64,000 nt of DNA, from IMG/VR virus record IMGVR_UViG_3300032167_000073. One strand, given 5' to 3'. Position 1 is the stretch's first letter. Each line of letters opens with the position of its first letter. This DNA comes from a virus. Its lineage: Duplodnaviria; Heunggongvirae; Uroviricota; Caudoviricetes. Of this stretch, positions 44,943-54,800 are shown piece by piece. The notes below the pieces were generated by a model that was not told the origin of the DNA, made no database searches, and saw only the letters and a program-made list of their open reading frames with translations. The translations under genes and the position numbers were made by a program.

Positions 44943-45878
44943 GTGACATATACATCGGAGGACTTGAAAATCATGCAGGCATGGCCGCTTGAACGCAAGA
45001 TTCAGGTAACACAAACCAGAATTATGGAGTGGTACAATCACTATAACGGTAAGGTTTATGTAAGCTTTAGCGGTGGCAAGGATTCAACCGTTCTTCTTGA
45101 CCTTGTGCGAAGGATATATCCAGATGTCCCGGCAGTGTTTATTGATACGGGACTGGAATTTCCAGAACTCAGGGAATTTGTAAAATCCATCCCAAACGTA
45201 GTATGGTTAAAGCCAGCAATGAATTTCCGCAAAGTAATAGAAGAGTTCGGATACCCAATGATCAGCAAAAGGGTTGCTGGATATGTTGCAACAGCGAGGC
45301 GTAATCCTGATTCAATGCGTGCGAAATACTTACGTGGCGAAATGGATAGCAAATTGTTTGGCTTCTCAAATGGTAAATATGCATATCTTGTCGATGCGCC
45401 ATTTCGTATTTCAGATTATTGCTGCGAGGTTATGAAAAAGCGACCAAACAAGAAATTTGCAAAAGAGACGGGAAGAGTGCCAATGTTTGCAACGATGGCA
45501 TGTGAATCTGTACACCGCAGGAATGATTGGCTGGTTAATGGCTGCAATGCATTCTCTGACAGAGAGCCCAGATCGAAACCTATGTCTTTTTGGACAGAGA
45601 ATGATATTCTGGATTATTTACATAGGTTTCAGATTCCTTACGCATCCGTATATGGCGATATTATTACGGACAAAAAAGGAAAGTTTAAGACAACCAAATG
45701 TAAGAGGACAGGATGTGTATTTTGTGGCTTTGGGTGTCATTTGGATGGAGAGCCGAATCGATTTCAACAACTAAAGGACACGCATCCAAATCTATGGGAT
45801 TACTGCATGCGCCCATGGGAAAATGGGGGTCTGGGGATGAAAGACGTTCTTGAGTATATTCATGTTCCAATTGAGTAA
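44943..45878 (+). CDS. PAPS reductase-family PP-loop protein (DndC/phage PAPS-reductase-like)
   Basis: PP-loop VSFSGGKDSTVLLDL; C-terminal Cys cluster CKRTGCVFCGFGCH. Confidence 0.65.
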   Translation: MTYTSEDLKIMQAWPLERKIQVTQTRIMEWYNHYNGKVYVSFSGGKDSTVLLDLVRRIYPDVPAVFIDTGLEFPELREFVKSIPNVVWLKPAMNFRKVIEEFGYPMISKRVAGYVATARRNPDSMRAKYLRGEMDSKLFGFSNGKYAYLVDAPFRISDYCCEVMKKRPNKKFAKETGRVPMFATMACESVHRRNDWLVNGCNAFSDREPRSKPMSFWTENDILDYLHRFQIPYASVYGDIITDKKGKFKTTKCKRTGCVFCGFGCHLDGEPNRFQQLKDTHPNLWDYCMRPWENGGLGMKDVLEYIHVPIE

Positions 45879-45938
45879 TTGAAATAGGCGCAGCATTACA
45901 CTATAATGAATACATAGATGAAATGGCAGGAGATACCA

Positions 45939-46529
45939 ATGTCTTACTTTAAGAAAATGGCCGATATCCTCAAACCGATTAAGGTTGGCAGCGTTGAGGT
46001 TGATATCATGGATTATACCCAAAGGGAGATTGGGTTTCGTGAAGCGATTTCCGGTTTGCAGAATGAGCGCTATGCAAGGCTTCGTATCGACGGTGAAACC
46101 ATGATGTCTGAAACGCCTATGGAGCATAGGACGAATCTTGTTTTTGTTCGTGATGCGCATGGCGATGTGCTCATTGGCGGTCTTGGCCTTGGCATGATCA
46201 TCATGGCGATTCAGGATGTAGAAGACGTTCGCTCTGTAACCGTCATTGAAAAGTCTCAAGATGTCATTGATGCCATCCAGCATCAGCTTCCTTTGAATGA
46301 TAAGGTGAAGATCATTTGCGCCGATGTATTTGATTGGAAGCCGGATAAGAAGTATGATTGTATCTACATGGACATCTGGTATTATCCTAGCCATGAAATC
46401 TACGACGAGATGAAGAAGCTAAAACGAAAGTTTGGGCATTATCTGAAATCAAAAGAAGAAAGCCCGTATCGCTTTAATATGTGCTGGTGCGAATGGTACG
46501 CAAAAACAGGACACCGACTTTTGTGGTAA
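45939..46529 (+). CDS. SAM-dependent methyltransferase-like protein (Rossmann fold)
   Basis: motif I VLIGGLGLGMI, acidic beta2 end VIEKS, motif IV-like IICADVFDW. Confidence 0.5.
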   Translation: MSYFKKMADILKPIKVGSVEVDIMDYTQREIGFREAISGLQNERYARLRIDGETMMSETPMEHRTNLVFVRDAHGDVLIGGLGLGMIIMAIQDVEDVRSVTVIEKSQDVIDAIQHQLPLNDKVKIICADVFDWKPDKKYDCIYMDIWYYPSHEIYDEMKKLKRKFGHYLKSKEESPYRFNMCWCEWYAKTGHRLLW

Positions 46530-46550
46530 AAGCTTTGATGAGGTGAAATT

Positions 46551-46862
46551 ATGATCGATTATACGGGTCTTGACAGGGAGATTTCTTGTACGTTTATTGA
46601 TCAGACTAATCATGGCCGTGCCTATTCGGAGAAAATTGCGATGACTCCAATGGGCGTAGGATTCGTTATTCTGTTCCGGTGTCTTGATGATCAGGAGAGT
46701 AGATGGGGTATGTATGGCGTTGGCGATCTGAGGCTTACGTTTGATTCGTTCGAAAAAGCGGAGGCAATGTGGTATCGGACGCTGCTGCGCAGGCTGGGTT
46801 CAAACCGTATTTCTGATTTGAAGTGGGATTATAAGGTGAACGGGAACGATGGATTGTTCTGA
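46551..46862 (+). CDS. hypothetical protein
   Basis: ORF on + strand. Confidence 0.4.
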   Translation: MIDYTGLDREISCTFIDQTNHGRAYSEKIAMTPMGVGFVILFRCLDDQESRWGMYGVGDLRLTFDSFEKAEAMWYRTLLRRLGSNRISDLKWDYKVNGNDGLF

Positions 46863-47040
46863 TAATACGACAAATTGTTCTGATAAGCGGTATTATTCGG
46901 AACAATACGATGTTTTCTCCAACAATATTCGGAATAAAAGGCAGTGCAATTGTTGATTTGCAGCGTCGTATTGTTGGAATACAGCTTCTATTGTTGGGAG
47001 ACGAAGGTATATTGTTGGGAAAGCGGAAGTGATCTAGATC
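46862..47040. repeat. cluster of direct/inverted TATTGTTGG(G/A)A motifs in an intergenic region
   Basis: tattgttggaat, tattgttgggag, tattgttgggaa direct copies plus ccaacaatattc and ggaacaatacg inverted copies. Confidence 0.5.
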
Positions 47041-47041
47041 C

Positions 47042-47275
47042 ATGAATTTTGAGTTGACTAAGTTGGAATTAAATCGGATTAAATTCTGGAAAGAAAACCC
47101 GGATATTTTTCTTGAGGAATATTTTTGCATTAAATTGCTTCCATATCAAAAACGGATGCTTCGTCTGCTTCGGCATACGCCTATATATTTGCGTATGCCG
47201 TATAAATTAGGACTTTTAAAAAAGAATCTTGAAATGAAGGTTTACGAAGACGCTTATTGCGAGAATTCCAATTGA
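47042..47275 (+). CDS. hypothetical protein
   Basis: ORF on + strand. Confidence 0.35.
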   Translation: MNFELTKLELNRIKFWKENPDIFLEEYFCIKLLPYQKRMLRLLRHTPIYLRMPYKLGLLKKNLEMKVYEDAYCENSN

Positions 47276-47281
47276 TAAAGG

Positions 47282-47482
47282 ATGAGAAATATGGAAAACG
47301 AAGAGCGCTCTGTAGTTCTGCTGCGAGCTTGTCTTGATCTGCTGAATAAGCAGAAAGAATCATATTGCGTGCTGAATTTGCTTGAGCAAACCGTGTACTA
47401 CGATGGAACAGATTGCGATGGGTATTGCTTGTCTGAAGATATCGAGCTGTATCTTGATAGCATCAAGCAATCTAACATCTGA
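47282..47482 (+). CDS. hypothetical small protein
   Basis: ORF on + strand. Confidence 0.35.
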   Translation: MRNMENEERSVVLLRACLDLLNKQKESYCVLNLLEQTVYYDGTDCDGYCLSEDIELYLDSIKQSNI

Positions 47483-47513
47483 TTTGTTACATGAAAATCG
47501 GAGTGTTACATTC

Positions 47514-48095
47514 ATGTGGAAATTTGTACATAATGGGCAGGCTTGGTGGCTGCGCATTGAAAGCGGCGATCAGCTCCTTGATTATCTGCGAGCAACTGAC
47601 GAGGAGAGATACGGGAGAAGCACTCTTCGTGTGGCGAAGCGGGTAAGAGACGGCTTAGATGATCGGGATAAGCATGGTTGCTATCCGATGGCCGATGCGA
47701 TTGAAATTCTTTGGAAGAATTCTGACATGAATCTGTTTGAAATGGCCGGACAACTCATGATGATGGGGTATAACACGTATTTTAAACTGCTGGATCAGCA
47801 TGGGTTTATCAATATCAATCATGTTGGTGGCTGCAATTCTTTTTCTTGGGAACCAGTTGCTACGGAATTCAGAGAAAAGCTTGTTTTCCCGCATTACACC
47901 ATGGACGACATCAGGGTAAAAACATGGGAGCTGGAGGAGAAAAAGCGCGGGATTAAGCGCCCATATGATTATCGGTATCACTGGTATGCGTATCTTGGAG
48001 ATGTTCAACTCAAAAATGGCGATGTAGAAAAATGGGATACGAGGAATGAGGCATATGAGTTCGCGCGAAGCCTTGTAGAAAGGAAGATATCATGA
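47514..48095 (+). CDS. hypothetical protein
   Basis: ATG after upstream stop; ORF-track start 47382 overlaps preceding gene. Confidence 0.45.
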   Translation: MWKFVHNGQAWWLRIESGDQLLDYLRATDEERYGRSTLRVAKRVRDGLDDRDKHGCYPMADAIEILWKNSDMNLFEMAGQLMMMGYNTYFKLLDQHGFININHVGGCNSFSWEPVATEFREKLVFPHYTMDDIRVKTWELEEKKRGIKRPYDYRYHWYAYLGDVQLKNGDVEKWDTRNEAYEFARSLVERKIS

Positions 48096-48301
48096 CAATC
48101 AAGCAGTACAATCGAGAATTTTTTCCGAAGTATCTCAGCGCCCATTGTCTGATTCGTCAGCTTGATACCATACTCGATTATCTTGGTGATGACGCGAGAT
48201 CGCAGTTTATTCCGTTTGGATGGAATGAAGAGATGAAACAGTTTCTGCTTGATGCGCTGGAAAGCCATAGAGAGCATGCCCATGTTGACATCAATCCGTG
48301 A
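48092..48301 (+). CDS. hypothetical small protein
   Basis: ATGA overlap. Confidence 0.35.
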   Translation: MTIKQYNREFFPKYLSAHCLIRQLDTILDYLGDDARSQFIPFGWNEEMKQFLLDALESHREHAHVDINP

Positions 48302-48320
48302 TTTGTCAAAAACATTAAGA

Positions 48321-48367
48321 AATAAAGCAGATAAAGTATTGACAACAAGCGAGAGAAAGAATATAAT
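48321..48367 (+). promoter_or_regulatory. conserved phage promoter module, class 1
   Basis: AAATAAAGCAGATAAAGTATTGACA (48339-48344), N17, TATAAT (48362-48367). Confidence 0.7.
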
Positions 48368-48371
48368 TGAA

Positions 48372-48731
48372 TCAGTTGATATGAAAGCGGTGGTGCAAGA
48401 AGTGTTGTACGCATGTAAAAAGTGCAATTCTGAAAACATCGAAGTGAGGCAGGCCAATAAAAGGACGGGGCTGTATTGCCGTGATTGTGGAGCGTGGATT
48501 CAATGGCTTACGTATCGTGAAACACTTCGTATGTATGATCATATGAATAAAAAGGGGCTGCTTCCATCCGATCGGGCATTTAAAAGGGTTGGCCGATTTG
48601 GAATTCATACCATTGTAAAATGCTCTAATTGTAAATGTCAGCTTTACAATTCGGGTGCGCCAAACCCAATTGGTCAGTTCAATCTGATTGATGCTTTGTT
48701 TTGCCCGAAATGCGGATTGAAATTTATATAA
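48372..48731 (+). CDS. multi-zinc-ribbon protein (~119 aa)
   Basis: CKKCNS...CRDCGAW, CSNCKCQ...CPKCG; start placed just after promoter. Confidence 0.5.
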   Translation, partial: SVDMKAVVQEVLYACKKCNSENIEVRQANKRTGLYCRDCGAWIQWLTYRETLRMYDHMNKKGLLPSDRAFKRVGRFGIHTIVKCSNCKCQLYNSGAPNPIGQFNLIDALFCPKCGLKFI

Positions 48732-48740
48732 ATCATCAAC

Positions 48741-48765
48741 AACCAAAGCAGAAAAAGTATGGAGG
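48741..48765 (+). promoter_or_regulatory. conserved promoter module, class 2
   Basis: CAACCAAAGCAGAAAAAGTATGGAGG. Confidence 0.45.
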
Positions 48766-48773
48766 ATATTACG

Positions 48774-48965
48774 ATGAAAGTAAAACTGAAACCCGGCGAT
48801 CTCGTAACGATGAACGATAACTACCGTGTTTTGCCCGCTAACAAGGGGAAGGTGTGGAAGGTTGTCAGCGATCCATGGATGGTCTGCGGCTCATGGGTTG
48901 TAAAACTGGAAGGAAGAACCAGCGGCTACGCTGTAGATGGTTTGGATTTGGTTGGCAGTGAATAA
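48774..48965 (+). CDS. hypothetical small protein
   Basis: ORF after class-2 module (alt start 48759). Confidence 0.4.
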   Translation: MKVKLKPGDLVTMNDNYRVLPANKGKVWKVVSDPWMVCGSWVVKLEGRTSGYAVDGLDLVGSE

Positions 48966-49260
48966 GTCTGTTCGCAAAATCGCCGCCATGCATGAATTGT
49001 ATGGCGAGCTGCCGGATAAGAAATGCGCCGATTGCCAGCATTTGTGCGGGTACAGACAGAGCCGGATTTGGTATAAGTGTTTGGCATATGGCAATAGCAG
49101 TTCGGAAGCAACGGATTGGGCAAAGAGCTGGACGGCCTGCGGTCTGTATAATCGGCCGATTCCGCAAAACCAAAGGCCGATCATTGACATCCTGAAGTCC
49201 AGCTCAAAGAAGAGAGAGCAAACGAAGATTTATGGGCAGGTGAGTTTATTTGGAGAATGA
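48937..49260 (+). CDS. hypothetical protein
   Basis: ORF; start ambiguous (48937/48988). Confidence 0.35.
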   Translation: MVWIWLAVNKSVRKIAAMHELYGELPDKKCADCQHLCGYRQSRIWYKCLAYGNSSSEATDWAKSWTACGLYNRPIPQNQRPIIDILKSSSKKREQTKIYGQVSLFGE

Positions 49261-49690
49261 AAAGAAACCAACTCCAACGTGCCGATATTGCGGCGCAGAA
49301 ATGGAAGATGATTCCTACTGTTGGCGCTGTCCGGAATGCTACAGCAGTTCGCCTATTGTGATATGGGATGAAAGCTGTGACACCATGACCGAAGCAGATA
49401 AAAGGCAATATGCTTATGAAGCAGCCATGAAATATCCTCCACTTAAACCGATGTCGCTTGATGAAGTTAAGAAACACATCGGGGAGGAAGATCCATCTCC
49501 ATTATGGATTGAAGACTGCGCGTATCCTGAAAACAGCGGATGGGATGACAATGGCTCCGTAAAGTATTGGCTTGAAGATGATGAAAACACAGAAAAATAT
49601 GGTATCGAATGGCGATGCTGGTTGTCAAAGCCAACTGAAGAAAGAATGCGGCGGTTTGAATTTGAAAAGAAAAGAGTAAGGAGATATTAA
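49250..49690 (+). CDS. hypothetical protein with N-terminal zinc ribbon
   Basis: CRYCGAEM...CWRCPEC. Confidence 0.45.
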   Translation: MENEKKPTPTCRYCGAEMEDDSYCWRCPECYSSSPIVIWDESCDTMTEADKRQYAYEAAMKYPPLKPMSLDEVKKHIGEEDPSPLWIEDCAYPENSGWDDNGSVKYWLEDDENTEKYGIEWRCWLSKPTEERMRRFEFEKKRVRRY

Positions 49691-49691
49691 G

Positions 49692-50207
49692 ATGAACAAG
49701 GTTCTTATTGTTGTCGATTATCAGAACGATTTTGTGTTTGGTGCGCTTGGCAGTGCTAATGCGCAGTCGATCTATAACGGCGTAAAAGCGAAGATTGAGC
49801 AGGCGCAGAATGAAGGTACGCATGTGATTTTCACGCTTGATACGCACGATGCGGATTACATGATGACGCAGGAGGGCAAGAAGCTTCCGGTGCAGCATTG
49901 TATTGCCGGGGCACATGGATGGATGGTTGTCCAGAATCTGAATAACCTGAATGGAAATGCACATCAGTGCATCACAAAGCCAACTTTCGGCTATCTTGGC
50001 TGGGATCTTGGCGACTTTGATCAGATTGAAATGATTGGCGTATGCACGGACATCTGCGTTGTGTCCAATGCATTGATTCTCAAGGCGATGTACCCGGAAG
50101 TTGAGATTACTGTTGATGCTTCCTGTTGTGCTGGAACCTCTGTTGAAGCACATAATGCTGCGCTCACCGTCATGAAGTCCTGTCAGATCAATGTGATTGG
50201 AGAGTAA
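49692..50207 (+). CDS. isochorismatase-family hydrolase (nicotinamidase PncA-like)
   Basis: VLIVVDYQNDF start, catalytic-Cys segment IGVCTDICV. Confidence 0.7.
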   Translation: MNKVLIVVDYQNDFVFGALGSANAQSIYNGVKAKIEQAQNEGTHVIFTLDTHDADYMMTQEGKKLPVQHCIAGAHGWMVVQNLNNLNGNAHQCITKPTFGYLGWDLGDFDQIEMIGVCTDICVVSNALILKAMYPEVEITVDASCCAGTSVEAHNAALTVMKSCQINVIGE

Positions 50208-50218
50208 GGAGATTTGCC

Positions 50219-51007
50219 ATGATTAAGTATAATGGCGAAATCGTTAAGCCCGGATATTTCCCGGATGGTACGATTCATTTTAACGCCTCATGTTCAGGCA
50301 AGTCTCATCACACAATCAAGTGGCTGTTTGAGAGCAATGAAGAGTTGTTTACGCTGATTTGCTTAACCAAGCATATCAAGGAGCGTAGTAATAAGGATAT
50401 TCATTTGATTATGCCCTACGTGCCAAATGCACGTATGGATCGCATCAAGAATAGCGACGAGGTGTTCACGCTCAAATACTTTGCCGAAGTGATCAACGAT
50501 CTTGGATTCAATGAAGTTGTTGTCCTTGATCCGCATTCTCATGTTTCCGAAGCGCTCATTGATCGCGCAGTTATTGTATCGGCGAGCGATCTTATTGCTC
50601 ACGTAGCAAGCAGAATCGGCGCACCGCTATTCTTCTATCCCGATGAGGGAGCAATGAAGCGATATTCGGAAGAGGTAAAGGCCAAGTATGTTTTCGGTAT
50701 CAAAAAGCGCGATTGGAAAACCGGAAAGATCCTTGGGCTGGATGTCGTTGGAGATGCCGATGAGATTAGGGGAAAAGATATTCTGATTGTCGATGATATC
50801 TGTTCCCGTGGAGGAACGTTCTATCATAGCGCAAAGAAGCTCAAAGAGCTTGGCGCAGGCAAGATTTATCTGTGCGTTACCCATTGTGAGAATACCATTC
50901 TCGATGGTGAACTTCTTGAATCTGGCCTGATTGAAAAGGTATTTACCACAGGCTCCATCTTCACCGCTTCACATCCAAAGATCGAGGTAATTCAGTATGA
51001 GATGTAA
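50219..51007 (+). CDS. ribose-phosphate pyrophosphokinase (Prs)-family protein; candidate ADPR-pyrophosphate synthetase (Adps-like)
   Basis: LIMPYVPNARMDR (cf. Prs YFGYARQDR), VVLDPHS (cf. DLHA), PRPP-type loop DILIVDDICSRGGT, CVTH; shorter (262 aa) than housekeeping Prs. Confidence 0.65.
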   Translation: MIKYNGEIVKPGYFPDGTIHFNASCSGKSHHTIKWLFESNEELFTLICLTKHIKERSNKDIHLIMPYVPNARMDRIKNSDEVFTLKYFAEVINDLGFNEVVVLDPHSHVSEALIDRAVIVSASDLIAHVASRIGAPLFFYPDEGAMKRYSEEVKAKYVFGIKKRDWKTGKILGLDVVGDADEIRGKDILIVDDICSRGGTFYHSAKKLKELGAGKIYLCVTHCENTILDGELLESGLIEKVFTTGSIFTASHPKIEVIQYEM

Positions 51008-52514
51008 TACGAATCCAATGCTCCTTATCGATTTTTATAAGGCTGTCCATGCGGAAATGCTTCCCAAGGGCATTACCAAATCCGTTTCCTATTTCACGCC
51101 ACGTATGAGCCGTGTGAAGATGTGGGATAGCGTTGTCATGTTTGGCTTGCAGGCGTTTATCAAGACGTATCTGATTGACTATTTCAATCAGGAATTCTTT
51201 AATAAGCCGTATGAAGAGGCTGTCGGCGAGTATAAGCGCGTTATGGACGCTGCACTTGGCAAGGGCGTTTACGGCATTGAGAAGATCGAAAAGCTTCATG
51301 CTCTTGGATATCTGCCTATCAAGATCATTGCACTGCCGGAAGGAACCAAGGTTCCTATGCATGTGCCGATGTTCGGTATTACCAATACGCATGATGATTT
51401 TGCTTGGCTCCCGCAGGCGCTGGAAAGCCTTATTTCCGCTGAAATGTGGCATCCGATGATTGCAGCAACGGTTGGTCACACCTATCGTCAGATTGTCAAT
51501 AAGTATTACGACGAGACGTGTGACGACAATATTTCTCGTTCAAAGGCGCTTGGCGCGTTTGATTTCCGTGGAGAAGAGTGCTTACAGTCTGCTGTCAAGG
51601 CTGGCGCTGGCTGGTGCCTGTCCTTCCTCAATACTGCAACCGTGCCGACAATCCCATATCTTGAGCAGATGTATGATTGTGATTGCACAAAGGAAGCTGT
51701 TGCCTTTGGCAGTGCAAGCACGGAGCATTCTGTTATGTGTTCAAACTTTGCCGTCGATGGCGATGAAGTGACGCTGCTAAAGCGCTTGCTCACGGAGATT
51801 TATCCAAATACAAGCTTCTCCTGCGTGCTGGATAGTTACGATTACTGGAATGTCATCGACAATATCCTTCCGCAGATTAAGGAGGAGATTCTTGCACACA
51901 ACGGCTGTATGCTCATGCGCGGCGATTCTGGCGATTGCGTCGAAGTTGTAACTGAGACTGTCTTTAAGCTTTGGGACATGTTTGGCGGCAAGATCAACTC
52001 CAAGGGTTATAAGGTGCTCGATCCGCATGTCAAGGCGATTTATGGGGATTCCATTACCATTCAGCGTTGCGAGAAGATTTATGAGATTCTTAAAGAGAAT
52101 GGTTTTGCGGCCTGTAATGTGGCGCTCGGCGTTGGCTCGTTCTCTATGCAGTGCATCGAAGAGTATGAGTTCATCGAGGATAGGATTGAGGGTGGCGGTA
52201 TGTATGCCAATGTGCTCAAGCCGTTTACGCGCGACACCTTCTCTTCCTGTATCAAGGCGACATATTGCGAGATCGACGGTAAGCCCGTCCCGATCTTCAA
52301 GAATCCCAAGGACGGCGGCTTTAAGAAGTCTCAGAAGGGATGCTGTATCGTCAGGCGCGATGAAAGCGGAAAGCTCGTCTATACAGATGGTCATACGTGG
52401 AATGAATCTTGTACGAGCACCAATCTTCTTCGTCCGGTCTTCTGTAATGGCGGCATGCTCAGAACACAGAAGCTCAGTGAAGTGCGAGATATCCTGAATG
52501 GAGGAAATTTCTAA
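50997..52514 (+). CDS. nicotinamide phosphoribosyltransferase (Nampt/NadV)-family protein; candidate nicotinamide-ADPR transferase (Namat-like)
   Basis: ~500 aa; N-terminal NPMLLIDFYKAVH (cf. NadV DSYKxxH); overall type II PRTase length/layout. Confidence 0.65.
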   Translation: MRCNTNPMLLIDFYKAVHAEMLPKGITKSVSYFTPRMSRVKMWDSVVMFGLQAFIKTYLIDYFNQEFFNKPYEEAVGEYKRVMDAALGKGVYGIEKIEKLHALGYLPIKIIALPEGTKVPMHVPMFGITNTHDDFAWLPQALESLISAEMWHPMIAATVGHTYRQIVNKYYDETCDDNISRSKALGAFDFRGEECLQSAVKAGAGWCLSFLNTATVPTIPYLEQMYDCDCTKEAVAFGSASTEHSVMCSNFAVDGDEVTLLKRLLTEIYPNTSFSCVLDSYDYWNVIDNILPQIKEEILAHNGCMLMRGDSGDCVEVVTETVFKLWDMFGGKINSKGYKVLDPHVKAIYGDSITIQRCEKIYEILKENGFAACNVALGVGSFSMQCIEEYEFIEDRIEGGGMYANVLKPFTRDTFSSCIKATYCEIDGKPVPIFKNPKDGGFKKSQKGCCIVRRDESGKLVYTDGHTWNESCTSTNLLRPVFCNGGMLRTQKLSEVRDILNGGNF

Positions 52515-52978
52515 TGATCCAGCATGTAAAGTGCAACATTTTTGACTCTGGTGCAGACGTTGTTCTACATCAGGTCAATTGTCAGGGCGCTATGGGCAGC
52601 GGTGTTGCCCTGCAAGTTCGCAAGCGTTTCCCGCGAGTCTACTATGCCTATAAAAAGGCATGCGATGCAAAGGCTGGCGCTCGACGTGATCTGCTTGGCA
52701 TCGCCCAGATCGTCATGGCTGATTCCAATATGTTTATTGCAAACCTGTTTGCTCAGGAGAACTTTGGCTATGACGGCGCATGTTATACCGACTATGACGC
52801 TCTTCGCAAGTGTCTTGAAACTGTAAAAACCAATTGTGTTGGCAAGCGTATTGCCATTCCGTATCTGATGGGTTGTCATCGTGGAGGCGGCGATTGGTCT
52901 ATCGTGTATCAGATGATCGAGGAAGTCTTCTGCGACGATTCAGATGATGTCATTGTCTGCGAATATAACGGAGGCTGA
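52514..52978 (+). CDS. macro domain (ADP-ribose-binding/processing) protein
   Basis: NIFDSGADVVLHQVNCQGAMGSGVA and IAIPYLMGCHRGGGDW match macrodomain glycine-rich loops. Confidence 0.7.
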   Translation: MIQHVKCNIFDSGADVVLHQVNCQGAMGSGVALQVRKRFPRVYYAYKKACDAKAGARRDLLGIAQIVMADSNMFIANLFAQENFGYDGACYTDYDALRKCLETVKTNCVGKRIAIPYLMGCHRGGGDWSIVYQMIEEVFCDDSDDVIVCEYNGG

Positions 52979-52981
52979 TAA

Positions 52982-53780
52982 GATGGACGCTATGAAACTT
53001 AAAGACCAGTGCGTAGAATGGATTCGCAATTGGTTTGAAGAAAACGGCAGCGGATGCAAAGCTGTAATTGGTATTTCAGGCGGCAAGGATTCCACCGTCG
53101 TTGCGGCGCTTTGTGTAGAAGCTCTTGGCCGTGATCGTGTGTTTGGTGTGCTGATGCCCAATGGTGAACAGCCGGATATCGATGATGCGGCAGATGTTGT
53201 GAACCATCTTGGTATTGATTTTGTTCAGATCAACATTGAAGATGCATGTAACGATATTGCAACCGAAATCTGTATGCCATATAGCTTATATCGTTGCCAA
53301 GCAGACTATTCTTATACGTCTGGAGCGATCAGTATGACTGAGCAGGCGATGATCAATCTTCCTCCGCGTATTCGCATGGCAACCTTGTATGCAATCAGCC
53401 AGAGCATCGGTGGTCGCGTAGCCAATACATGCAATCTTTCCGAGGATTGGATTGGTTATTCTACCCGATATGGAGATGGCGCAGGCGATTTTGCTCCGCT
53501 TGGTGGACTGACTTGCAGCGAAGTGGTACAGATTGGGCTTGCGCTTGGTTTGCCGGAAGAGATGGTCAGGAAGGTTCCCAGCGATGGTCTGTGTGGCAAG
53601 ACGGACGAAGACAGCTTTGGCTTCTCTTATGCGGTTCTTGATCATTACATCAGGACGGGAGAGTGCAAAGATATTGCAATCAAGGCAAAGATTGACTATC
53701 TCCACAAAAAGAACGAGTTTAAGCTGAAGCCCATTCCGGTATTTCGCATTCCAATTGAATTCACTTTACGAAGAGGGTGA
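52982..53780 (+). CDS. nadE: NH3-dependent NAD+ synthetase NadE
   Basis: PP-loop VIGISGGKDSTVVAAL, ~266 aa, NadE-like layout. Confidence 0.75.
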
Positions 53781-53784
53781 TTAA

Positions 53785-54621
53785 ATGCCGGAAGAGCTAA
53801 GAAAAGACATGATCATTGAGTCAAGGCTGAGAGAGCACTTGAATCATTACCTGAAAACATATCCAAACGATTGGATTGGCATTTTCCTTCAGGGATCTCA
53901 GAACTACGGTCTGGATTATGAAACCAGCGATATCGACACAAAGATCATTGTTCTTCCATCTCTTGAGGATATTGCGCTTAATAAGCAGCCAATATCGACT
54001 ACGCTTGTCATGCCCAACGATGAACATGTGGATGTCAAGGATATCCGATTGATGTTTGATTGCTTTAAGAAGCAAAACATCAACTTCCTTGAGATCCTGT
54101 TTACAAAATGGAACATCGTCAATCCAAAGTATGACGAGCAGATGAGCGATGTGTTCATTAGACGTGAAGAGATTGCGCATTACAGCAATTATGCAGCTCT
54201 CCATTGCATGCTTGGTATGGTTAATCAGAAACGCAGCATGCTCATGAAGCCGCATCCGTCCGCAGCGGAGGTTGTGAAGAAATATGGTTATGATGGCAAA
54301 CAGCTTCATCATATGGAGCGCATCTTGGAATTCTTCTATCGGTATACAAACGGCGTTCCGTATGAAGAGTGTTTGATCAGTCAGAACCGTGATTATCTGA
54401 TTTCTCTGAAAAAGCAAGAACTTCCACTTCACGATGCGGTGCGTAGAGCAGATGAGATCGTCGATGTGATGACGGACGCTGTAGAGGCGTATAAGGTCGT
54501 CCATGATAGATACGTCAATCATGCTGTAGAAGAATTGCTGAACAAAACGCTTGTTGAAGTTATGAAGTGTGCAATTGAATCCGAGGTAAAAGATGGACTG
54601 GATGAAAGATATGAGCCCTGA
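53785..54621 (+). CDS. minimal nucleotidyltransferase (Pol-beta-like NTase fold)
   Basis: GIFLQGSQNYGLDYETSDIDTKIIV = GS-x9-13-DxD NTase signature. Confidence 0.6.
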   Translation: MPEELRKDMIIESRLREHLNHYLKTYPNDWIGIFLQGSQNYGLDYETSDIDTKIIVLPSLEDIALNKQPISTTLVMPNDEHVDVKDIRLMFDCFKKQNINFLEILFTKWNIVNPKYDEQMSDVFIRREEIAHYSNYAALHCMLGMVNQKRSMLMKPHPSAAEVVKKYGYDGKQLHHMERILEFFYRYTNGVPYEECLISQNRDYLISLKKQELPLHDAVRRADEIVDVMTDAVEAYKVVHDRYVNHAVEELLNKTLVEVMKCAIESEVKDGLDERYEP

Positions 54622-54796
54622 TGAATACAGGCAGAAACATAGGAGATGTTCTACGTGTAAGCATTGCTCACCATTGATCATCAATCATTACTGCAATGTA
54701 AAGGGTAAACCCATTACTTTGTATTCTCTCACAGGCATGTTTTGCAGGTGTTACGACCCGAAGCCCTACGTTTTAATGCACAACGAAATGAGGTAA
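54593..54796 (+). CDS. small zinc-ribbon protein
   Basis: CSTCKHC...CNVKG. Confidence 0.35.
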   Translation: MDWMKDMSPDEYRQKHRRCSTCKHCSPLIINHYCNVKGKPITLYSLTGMFCRCYDPKPYVLMHNEMR

Positions 54797-54800
54797 ATCT

